This document shows, one piece after another, positions 17,958 through 25,235 of a DNA stretch of 39,102 nt. The stretch is taken from the NCBI GenBank assembly GCA_013362195.1, contig JABFWM010000146.1, positions 1-39,102 of the forward strand. Reading direction: 5' to 3'. This stretch comes from Acidobacteriota bacterium. GTDB taxonomy: Bacteria > Acidobacteriota > Vicinamibacteria > Vicinamibacterales > 2-12-FULL-66-21. Every line of letters starts with the position of its first letter. Position 1 is the stretch's first letter. The position numbers and the translations under genes are program-made. The notes under the pieces are model-generated. The model ran no database searches and was not told the DNA's origin. It saw only the letters and a list, made by a program, of their open reading frames with translations.

Positions 17958-18620
17958 CTAGCGGCGCGCGATCAGCATCAGGTTGTCGGAAAGGCGCTGC
18001 GGCGCGAGCCGCGCGAGCGCCGCGGGGTAGTGCCACGGCGTCAGCGGCACGCGTCCGTGGCCGGTGTACTCGATCGCCTCGTCGCGAAGGCCGCATTCCC
18101 TCGCGATCCGCACGAGATCCACCGCGAGGAGCGCGGTGCGATGCGCAGGATAGTCGCCGTCCTGGAACGCCGCGAAACGCCCCCTGGCGACGAGCGTCAA
18201 CACGCTGAGCGCGCTGAGTTGATTCGGCGTGGTGACGATCACCCAGCCGCGCGGCTTGACGACCCGCGCGAGTTCGCGGACCAGCGCACGGGGATTCTCG
18301 AGGTGCTCGACCACTTCGACGGCGGCGGCCACGTCAACGCTCGCGTCGGCGATCGGCAGCGGCGCGGCGTCGAGATCCGCCGTCCGCAGATCGAGATCGA
18401 CGGGCAATCCTTCGTAACGGACCGCGTCGATGCCGATGCACGTGGCGAAGCGATCGCGGACGCGCGACCACAGCTCGCCGGTGCCGCAGCCCACGTCGGC
18501 AAGCGTGCCGTGCGTGTCGCGCTCGGCCAGCAGCCGCGCGACGGCGTCGTAGATGGGGCCATCGCTTCGGCCCAGGCTCTGGCGGGCGCGGCGCTCCAGC
18601 TCCGCCGGGACGGCGATCAT
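17958..18620 (-). CDS. Class I SAM-dependent methyltransferase
   Basis: Real part of ORF 17958..19457 starts at ATG 18620..18618 (MIAVPAELERRARQ). ATGA overlap with the upstream stop. Motifs LADVGCGTGELWS and VAAAVEVVEHLENP. Confidence 0.8.
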   Translation of the reverse strand: MIAVPAELERRARQSLGRSDGPIYDAVARLLAERDTHGTLADVGCGTGELWSRVRDRFATCIGIDAVRYEGLPVDLDLRTADLDAAPLPIADASVDVAAAVEVVEHLENPRALVRELARVVKPRGWVIVTTPNQLSALSVLTLVARGRFAAFQDGDYPAHRTALLAVDLVRIARECGLRDEAIEYTGHGRVPLTPWHYPAALARLAPQRLSDNLMLIARR

Positions 18621-19753
18621 GCGACGGATACCGCCGAGACCTGCGCCCGGACGATCGCGCACATCTCGCGCAGGCGTGCCTCGGGATCGCTCACCTGCTG
18701 CGCATGCGACGGGCCGGCCGCGCCGAGCGCCAGGCGCGCGGCGCGGTTGTCGATCAGCTGCTGCAACGCCTCGGCGAGCGCGGCCTCCCCCGGCTCGCGC
18801 AGCAGCACGCCGCAGTGGCGATCGACGATCTCCGTCGCGCCGCCGATACCGGTGGTCACGACCGGCACGCCCGCATAGAGCGCCTCGACGAACGCGATCC
18901 CGAACGGCTCGGGCGCGGTGTTCGGCTGGCAGTGAATGTCGGCGGCCGCGATGAGCCGCCGCACGTCGGCGCGGTCGCCAACGAACCGGATGCGCGCGCC
19001 GAGCGCGGGATCGGCGGCGAGCTGGTGCAGTTCCGCGAGGTACTGCGCTTCGTGCGGACGCTGCGGCGCGCCGGCAATCCAGATCGCGAAATCGCCGCGC
19101 AGCCGCATCGCCGCGCGCAGCAGGACGTGATGGCCCTTGTAGCGTTCGAGCCGGCTCGCCAGCACGATCGCGGTCGTCCGCTCCGTCGCGCCGGCGGACG
19201 CGCGGACGCGGCGGCGCTCTTCGCCGCGGAGCGGCGGATTGGGCAGCACCGGCGGATAGATCACGTCGCGCGGCACCTCCGGCGTCCATCGCCGGACCGC
19301 TTCGGCGGTGAAATGGCTGTTGCAGATGAAGCGATCGGGGGGATGCCGGTGCACCTTGCGCTCGGGCCACGCGTCGGGCTGCGGCAGGTCGTGCACCCAC
19401 ATGAACAGCGGACGGCGCGCCTGACGCACGACCGGCGCCGCGAGCGCGCAGGGCCATGGCGCGTGGCAGATGACGACGTCGTAGGTCGTGGAGGCGAGCA
19501 CCCGGCGCAGCGCTCGGCGCGCGCGCCAGACCGACGCCGGCCGGCTGAAACGCACCGCGCCGAGCACGCGCGGGTCGGCGCCGCGTTCCCGCAGCTCCCT
19601 CGCCACCCGGCCGTCGAAGCAGAGCGCGAAGTCGTGCGCGCAGTCCTCCGGCTGCTGCGCGTCGGCAATGCCGAGCAGCATCCGCTCGACGCCGCCGAAC
19701 AGATTGCCGGCGGCCACATGGAGCACGCGCACGCTGCCAGACGGTGGGTACAT
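18617..19753 (-). CDS. Glycosyltransferase family 4
   Basis: ORF 18617..19753 (378 aa). VRVLHVAAGNLFGGVERML at the N-terminus and QPNTAPEPFGIAFVEALYAGVPVVTTGIGGATE near the C-terminus. Confidence 0.85.
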   Translation of the reverse strand: MYPPSGSVRVLHVAAGNLFGGVERMLLGIADAQQPEDCAHDFALCFDGRVARELRERGADPRVLGAVRFSRPASVWRARRALRRVLASTTYDVVICHAPWPCALAAPVVRQARRPLFMWVHDLPQPDAWPERKVHRHPPDRFICNSHFTAEAVRRWTPEVPRDVIYPPVLPNPPLRGEERRRVRASAGATERTTAIVLASRLERYKGHHVLLRAAMRLRGDFAIWIAGAPQRPHEAQYLAELHQLAADPALGARIRFVGDRADVRRLIAAADIHCQPNTAPEPFGIAFVEALYAGVPVVTTGIGGATEIVDRHCGVLLREPGEAALAEALQQLIDNRAARLALGAAGPSHAQQVSDPEARLREMCAIVRAQVSAVSVA

Positions 19754-19760
19754 GGCGCGC

Positions 19761-20579
19761 CTACAGAATCCGCTGCGGAACCTTGATCGTATCGTTCGGC
19801 AACACCGGATCGGTCAGCCTGACGCGGATCCGCTGCAGCTTGCCGTCGACGATGCGTTCGATGGTGATGCGGCTGGTCGCCGCACGTTCGGTCGCGCCGC
19901 CGGCGAGCGACAGGGCCCGCTCGACGGTCAGGCCATCCTCATAGACGATCGGACCGGTCTGACGGACGTAGCCGAGCACGAACACCGTCTCCGCTTTCGG
20001 CACGAAGATCGTATCGCGATCCTGCAGCGTGATCGCCTGCGCGCGGCCCGACTCGAGGTCGCGGCGGGGCACCCGGATCTGCTGCGCGGCCGCCTCGGTT
20101 CCGGCGGCCGCCCCGGGCGGAGATCCATAACGCGTGATCACGACGTAAGACCCCGCATCCGGCGTCATGGATCCGGCCTGGGCGAGCACCGACATGATCG
20201 AGACGTTGCCTTCGAGCTTGAACTCGCCGGGCGCGCGCACCATGCCCTGCACGGTCACGGTCTTGCTGCGGTATTTGACGATCTCGACGCTGACCGACGG
20301 GTTGACGAAGAGTCCCTTCGAGAGCCGCTGCTTGAGGTCGACTTCGAGCGCGCGCGTCGTCTGGCCGGCGGCCTTGACCCGTCCGATGTAGGGGCAATCG
20401 ATCGTCCCGTCATCGTCGACCGTGACGCCGGCGCGCGAGGCATCGGGTTCGCCGAAGACGGTGACGTTCAGGACGTCCTGCGCGCCAATGACGTATTCGG
20501 CGGTTGGACCGGCCTGCGGCCGCTGGGCGGGCGCGGCCTGAGCCGCCAGCAGGAGCAGCGCAACAATCGTCATCGTCAT
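19761..20579 (-). CDS. Polysaccharide export protein (Wza-like; Poly_export + SLBB)
   Basis: Real part of ORF 19761..21746 starts at ATG 20579..20577 (MTMTIVALLLLAAQAAPAQ, a signal peptide). Then YVIGAQDVLNVTVFGEPD...VDDDGTIDCPYIGRVKAAGQTTRALEVDLKQRL. 1-nt TAATG overlap with the upstream stop. Confidence 0.85.
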   Translation of the reverse strand: MTMTIVALLLLAAQAAPAQRPQAGPTAEYVIGAQDVLNVTVFGEPDASRAGVTVDDDGTIDCPYIGRVKAAGQTTRALEVDLKQRLSKGLFVNPSVSVEIVKYRSKTVTVQGMVRAPGEFKLEGNVSIMSVLAQAGSMTPDAGSYVVITRYGSPPGAAAGTEAAAQQIRVPRRDLESGRAQAITLQDRDTIFVPKAETVFVLGYVRQTGPIVYEDGLTVERALSLAGGATERAATSRITIERIVDGKLQRIRVRLTDPVLPNDTIKVPQRIL

Positions 20580-21784
20580 TACGAAGTCCCCCAGGTCAAT
20601 GACGCCAGCACGCGGCGGTTGCGGAACTCGCGGTCGGCGGAGCGCTCGGATTCGCGGCGCACCGATTCGAGGTTGACGCCGAGGCGTGCATGATCGCCGA
20701 ATCGATAGCCGATGCCGCCGCCCCATACGCGAGCGGTATCGGCGCCGGCGAGCGCGGCCGCGCCGCGGTACTGCATCACGTTCCGCCCGGCCGTGCCCCG
20801 CACGTCGAATGGGCCAGCCACGACGGTCGTCCAGGTGACGGTGCCGCCATTCGCGAGGTAATACGGCGTCGACGGATCGTACGAGTACTGCACGTCGCGG
20901 GTATACGCGCCCTGCAGCTGGTGCCGCCCGTAGATGGTTGCGCCGATCGCCACCGACGCGACGAACCCCGAATAGTCCGGCAGGGCGGGATTGAGCGCAT
21001 CGAAGCGGCGATAGCCGAACGCGGCGGTCCCGGTCAGCAGGCCGGTGGGACTGAAGGTCAGCGTCGGCGCGACGCGCCAGCTGTCGGAATCGCGGGCGGG
21101 CGACAGCTCGAAGCGCTGCTGATCGCGCTGCCCGATCACGCTGAACGTGGTGACAGGCGTCAGCGCCACCGCGAGGCCGCCTTCCATGCGATCCGTCCGC
21201 CCGTCGAAGCTCTGCTCGAGCGATACGCCGCGAAAGCTCGAGTCCGGCTCGTAGTTGATGCGGCTGCGGCGCAGGCTGAACAACACGCTGGTGCGCGAGG
21301 CGACGTCCAGCGAGAGCCCCACCGTGTCGGCGAGGTCGTGGTGCCGCGCGCGCTCGTCGACCTCGGTATTCAGGCGGCTGCGGGTGTTCGTCCCGGCCAC
21401 GGACGCGTAGGGACGCAGACGCCCGAGGTCGAGATCGGCGCGCACTTCGGCGGCGACGTTCGTGCCGCGCTCGCTCGCGTAGGTCTGGTAGTACACGTAC
21501 TCCGTGCCGGCGGTGGTCGAGAGATGCAGCCGGCGCACGCGAAACCCGACCGTCGCGCGCGGGTTGGCCGTGAACGTGAAATCCGATTTCGGATCGACCG
21601 GCTCGTTGAACACGTTGTCGTCGACGCCGACGTCCTTCATCGCGAACGCCGGCGTGATCGCCACCGGGCCGAGCACGATCGTCCCCGGGGGCACCTGCTC
21701 GGGCACGTTCTGCTGCGCGGAGGCGGCCCCGGCCGCGGCCAGCCATGCGACGACGGCGACGGCGCCTGACGCGGCGCGCGTCAT
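20579..21784 (-). CDS. Putative outer-membrane beta-barrel protein associated with the EPS locus
   Basis: ORF 20579..21784 (401 aa). Signal peptide MTRAASGAVAVVAWLAAAGAASAQQ. Alternating-residue, Y/T/G/R-rich sequence without long hydrophobic helices. The family assignment is inference only. Confidence 0.55.
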   Translation of the reverse strand: MTRAASGAVAVVAWLAAAGAASAQQNVPEQVPPGTIVLGPVAITPAFAMKDVGVDDNVFNEPVDPKSDFTFTANPRATVGFRVRRLHLSTTAGTEYVYYQTYASERGTNVAAEVRADLDLGRLRPYASVAGTNTRSRLNTEVDERARHHDLADTVGLSLDVASRTSVLFSLRRSRINYEPDSSFRGVSLEQSFDGRTDRMEGGLAVALTPVTTFSVIGQRDQQRFELSPARDSDSWRVAPTLTFSPTGLLTGTAAFGYRRFDALNPALPDYSGFVASVAIGATIYGRHQLQGAYTRDVQYSYDPSTPYYLANGGTVTWTTVVAGPFDVRGTAGRNVMQYRGAAALAGADTARVWGGGIGYRFGDHARLGVNLESVRRESERSADREFRNRRVLASLTWGTS

Positions 21785-22803
21785 GACGCCGCCGGCATCC
21801 CGCCGCGTCGTGAAATCCCGAGCTGCCGCGTCTTGCGATAGAGATTCGCGCGTTCGATCCCCAGCGTCCGCGCCGCGTCGCTCATCCGCCAGCGATGGCG
21901 CTCGAGCACCGCGGCGATGTAGTCGCGCTCGAACTGGCGGCGCGCTTCACGAAGGCTCACCTGCGGGGGAATGCGGGCGAACGCTCCGTCGATCGGGAGA
22001 TGCGCCAGCACGTCTTCCTGCCGCACCGTCCCGTTCGAGACCGAGCGCACGATCTTTTCGAGCACCGCACGCAGCTCGTCGAGGTTCCCCGTCCACGATG
22101 GCGCGGCGAGGACGGTCAGCGCTGCCTGGGTGAACGCGGGCGCGCCCGCGCCGCGCAACCCCGACGCGATGCGCGCCGTCAGTTCCGGAATGTCCTCCGC
22201 GCGCTCGCGGAGGCTTGGGATGGCAATCGTGATGTGCGAGAGGCGCCGGGCGAGGTCGGCGCGGACGTGGCCTTCGCGGACGTCGAGGCCAATCGACGCG
22301 GGCGCCTGCGCGATAAGGCGCGCACGAATCGCGACGCGCCGGCGGCCTGCCGTGACCTCGCGATCCCGCACGACGCGCGCAAGGCGCCGCTGGGCCGCGG
22401 CGGGCAGGTCGCCGATGTGCCGCAGATACAGGGTGCCGGCGCGCGCACGCAGGAGGGCCGCCGACGGACTCACGTGGTCGACGTCACGCTGCGCGTCGCC
22501 GCGCTGCGGCTCGCCGAACAGGTCGCGCTCGATCGCCGACGCATCCGCGCCGGCGCAATCGAGGGCGATGAAAGGCGTCCCGGGCCGGCTGCGGCCGTGA
22601 ATCGCCTGCGCGACGGCGTCGGCGTCGAGGCCGGCGTCCGCCGCGATCAGGACCGGCGCGTCGTTGCGCAGCGCCTCGGCAAAGGCGCCACGGGCGTGCT
22701 GGGCGGCCGCCGACGCCCCGGTCAGCGGCAGCGGCCACGCATCGCCGGCCGGCGGTCGCGGCGTGCGCCCGCGCGATGGCGGACGAGAACGTGAAGTACG
22801 CAT
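21781..22803 (-). CDS. sigma54-interaction-domain (bEBP-like) Fis-family transcriptional regulator with degenerate ATPase motifs
   Basis: ORF 21781..22977, trimmed to ATG 22803..22801 because the codons upstream of it lose the G/C third-position bias. Retains LRERAEDIPEL, WTGNLDEL and a C-terminal Fis-type HTH (RWRMSDAARTLGIERANLYRKTRQLGI). ATGA overlap with the downstream gene. Confidence 0.75.
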   Translation of the reverse strand: MRTSRSRPPSRGRTPRPPAGDAWPLPLTGASAAAQHARGAFAEALRNDAPVLIAADAGLDADAVAQAIHGRSRPGTPFIALDCAGADASAIERDLFGEPQRGDAQRDVDHVSPSAALLRARAGTLYLRHIGDLPAAAQRRLARVVRDREVTAGRRRVAIRARLIAQAPASIGLDVREGHVRADLARRLSHITIAIPSLRERAEDIPELTARIASGLRGAGAPAFTQAALTVLAAPSWTGNLDELRAVLEKIVRSVSNGTVRQEDVLAHLPIDGAFARIPPQVSLREARRQFERDYIAAVLERHRWRMSDAARTLGIERANLYRKTRQLGISRRGGMPAAS

Positions 22804-22905
22804 GATGGTCGAGAGCGCCGGCCGCAGCTTCGCCCTGTCAGTCCCAGCGGGCGGCCGGGCCGAAAGGTGCGGCACTCGGAATGATGACGGGTGGAGAGCA
22901 CGGCA

Positions 22906-22934
22906 ATTGTCTCGCGCCTCAGCGGTTGTGTCAA
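22906..22934 (-). promoter_or_regulatory. Candidate sigma70-type promoter TTGACA-N17-GACAAT upstream of the regulator/EPS operon
   Basis: Read on the minus strand: TTGACA at 22934..22929, a 17-nt spacer, then GACAAT at 22911..22906. It sits in the only visibly lower-GC stretch of the locus, about 100 nt upstream of ATG 22803. The inverted repeat GTGTC-N6-GACAC (22928-22943) overlaps the -35. Confidence 0.3.
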
Positions 22935-23102
22935 TAGCGACACGCAGGAGCGTCATATTCGACACACGGCCGTCCATTGCGGCCGCCCCGGCGCGACTCA
23001 GGTGAAGAGGGAATGGCTGCTGACATCAACAGCGACCGCTCTCTCGCGTGCACGTCAGCTCCCTCGCGCGCAACAAACGAAGGGTGGCGATGCTCGGTCG
23101 TA

Positions 23103-24098
23103 TCAGCCGCGGGCATGAGGCCGCAGCACGCGGCGCAGCTGACGCATCGCCCAGCGCCGCGGCCGTCCCGCCTGGTGCCGCCACGTGCGCTGGTGCTTGA
23201 GGATGGCCCCGGGAAACCGATCGTCGAAGGTGTCGAGGTCGGCCTCCCGATCGCGCACCACCCAGTCCGGGTGCCGCAGATCGGCGTCGAGCGGGCCGAC
23301 CGCGCGATGCAGCGTGGGGTGCGCGCTGGTGTGCGTCGCATCGCTTCCCGACCCGATGTTCGCGACGAGATTCACCGCCGGATGAATGGAGAGCCCCTGC
23401 GTCATGCAGGCGAACTGCCACGCGTAGTCCCACGCGGAGGGAAGGCGCCCCTCGTACGTCTGCTGGAAGGTGCCGTGCCAGTAGGCGCGCTCGTCGCTGG
23501 TGTCGAACAGCGCCGCCGCTTCGGGCTGCGCCTGGAACGCCGGCCACCCCCGCATCTCGAGATCGAAGAACCGCCACGCACGACGCCAGGTCGCCCATCC
23601 CCAGATGAGTGCGTACTTCGAGAAGTAGTACGAGCATGACGAGCCGCGCCGCCGCCGATACGTCTCGCCGCTGACGTGCACGATGCGCGAGTCGTCGCGA
23701 TAACGCTCGAGCATCGCGGCGCAGAACCGGAAGAAATCGGGTGAAGGCAGGCAGTCGTCTTCGAGCACGATCCCGGCATCGCACGCGCCGAAGAACCAGT
23801 CCAGCGCGGAACTCACGCGCCGCCGGCATCCAAGGTTCTCATGCGCGAAATCCGTCGTCACTTCGCACGGCCACGTCGGCGTGGAGACGATGCGCCGGAC
23901 CGCGTCACACCTCGGCACGTCGCGATCGCTGGCCGGCCCATCGGCCGCGACGAACAGCCGCCGCGGCCGCGCCGCCGCGAGCGCCTCGAACACGCGCGCC
24001 GTCAGCTCCGGACGACGGTAGACGAGCAGAAGGACCGGAACGTCGCGTGGATCGGCTGTTCCGTGTCCATCCGTACGAATCGGCGTCGGCGATCCCAT
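23103..24098 (-). CDS. GT-A fold glycosyltransferase (HlpA-like / GT2-related)
   Basis: ORF 23103..24215, trimmed to ATG 24098..24096 (MGSPTPIRTDG..VPVLLLVYRRPELTARVFEAL). Motifs VLEDDCLPSPDFFRF and SKYALIWGWATWRRAW recall HlpA-like nucleotide-diphospho-sugar transferases. This comes from memory of the family, not a search. Confidence 0.6.
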   Translation of the reverse strand: MGSPTPIRTDGHGTADPRDVPVLLLVYRRPELTARVFEALAAARPRRLFVAADGPASDRDVPRCDAVRRIVSTPTWPCEVTTDFAHENLGCRRRVSSALDWFFGACDAGIVLEDDCLPSPDFFRFCAAMLERYRDDSRIVHVSGETYRRRRGSSCSYYFSKYALIWGWATWRRAWRFFDLEMRGWPAFQAQPEAAALFDTSDERAYWHGTFQQTYEGRLPSAWDYAWQFACMTQGLSIHPAVNLVANIGSGSDATHTSAHPTLHRAVGPLDADLRHPDWVVRDREADLDTFDDRFPGAILKHQRTWRHQAGRPRRWAMRQLRRVLRPHARG

Positions 24099-24117
24099 CC
24101 GTGTCAATCCGTTGTGC

Positions 24118-25224
24118 TTACAGGCCGGCACGCGAGCGCATCGCCCCCGCGCCGGCGCGGTGGTGCGCGCGCGACGCCGCGTCGAGGATGCGATCGAGCA
24201 CCGCGGCGGGCGCATACGTGTCGAGCGCCCGGCTGCGTCCGCGCGCCGCCAGCGCCTGCCATCGCGCGTCGTCGGTCAGCAGTGCGGCACAGGCGCGCAC
24301 GAACTGGCGTCGATACAGCCAGCGCCGGGGACGGCCGGCGACGAGCACGCCGCCGTCACCGACGGTCGTGACCAGCGCGAAGTCGTTCGTCGTCACCGGC
24401 ACGGCGCCTGCCGCCATGCACTCCGCCGCCGCGAGGCAGAACCCTTCCTCGAACGTGCAGGGATACGCCATGACGCGCGCGCGGCGCTGCCACGCGACCA
24501 GCTCCGGGCGTGTCACGTGTCCGGCATATTCGACGCCCGGCTGCCCCGCGAAGAACTTCATGAACGCGTCCTTCGCCGCCGGCGCGCCCCAGAGCGAGAA
24601 GTCGGACGTAATCACCAGGCGCGCATCCGGCACCCGCCGCCGGATGGCCGGATACATGTCCTTGAGATAGTAGAGCCCCCGATCCGGCACCGAACAGTAA
24701 ATGAGGAGCGGCTCCTTCGCGGCGGATGGATCACCGTAGTCGGCGGTTTCGATCGGCGCGCCGATCGACTCGATGCCGGTGTCGGCAATCAGACCGGCCA
24801 GACGTACCCGCTGGTAGTCCGAGAGCGTGAGCGACAGATGCGCCCACGCCGCGCAGCGCATCAGGCCCGCCGGGTCGGGGACGTGCACGTCCGTCCAGAT
24901 GAACGCCCGGACCGTGCCGCGGTTCGAGACGACATCCGACCAGTGTTTGAACAGCAGCACGAGATCGAACGGATCGTCGCCGAGCGATCCGACCGGCACG
25001 TAACGCACGCCGGCATCGGTTCGGACGGCGGCGATGCGGTTGGCGACCACGACGGCTGCGCCGCGCGCGGCCAGCGCTTCCGCGAGAAGCACGACGCAGG
25101 CTTCCGTCCCGCCGATCCCCGATGTGCGGAAGTCGCGTCCGCTGAACGGCGGCCCCGCGTCGAGGACGAGGAGCACGCGCCGTCCACGCACGTCACCGGT
25201 GTATCCGTATGGATCCGTGAGCAT
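24118..25224 (-). CDS. Glycosyltransferase, GT-B fold (GT4/GT1-like)
   Basis: Real part of composite ORF 24118..27198 starts at ATG 25224..25222 (MLTDPYGYTGDVRGRRVLLVLDAG..GGTEACVVLLAEALAARG). C-terminal AYPCTFEEGFCLAAAECMAAGAVPVTT. Confidence 0.7.
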   Translation of the reverse strand: MLTDPYGYTGDVRGRRVLLVLDAGPPFSGRDFRTSGIGGTEACVVLLAEALAARGAAVVVANRIAAVRTDAGVRYVPVGSLGDDPFDLVLLFKHWSDVVSNRGTVRAFIWTDVHVPDPAGLMRCAAWAHLSLTLSDYQRVRLAGLIADTGIESIGAPIETADYGDPSAAKEPLLIYCSVPDRGLYYLKDMYPAIRRRVPDARLVITSDFSLWGAPAAKDAFMKFFAGQPGVEYAGHVTRPELVAWQRRARVMAYPCTFEEGFCLAAAECMAAGAVPVTTNDFALVTTVGDGGVLVAGRPRRWLYRRQFVRACAALLTDDARWQALAARGRSRALDTYAPAAVLDRILDAASRAHHRAGAGAMRSRAGL

Positions 25225-25235
25225 CGCTGGTGGAC

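Noticed and set aside
22804-22977. Longer N-terminus for the regulator (ATG at 22977, MDGRVSNMTLLRV...)
   Set aside because: Codons in this stretch lose the G/C third-position bias (AAT, ATT, ACA, GCT, TCA, CTT...). They also overlap the promoter-like TTGACA/GACAAT region. The AAA+ homology starts just after ATG 22803.
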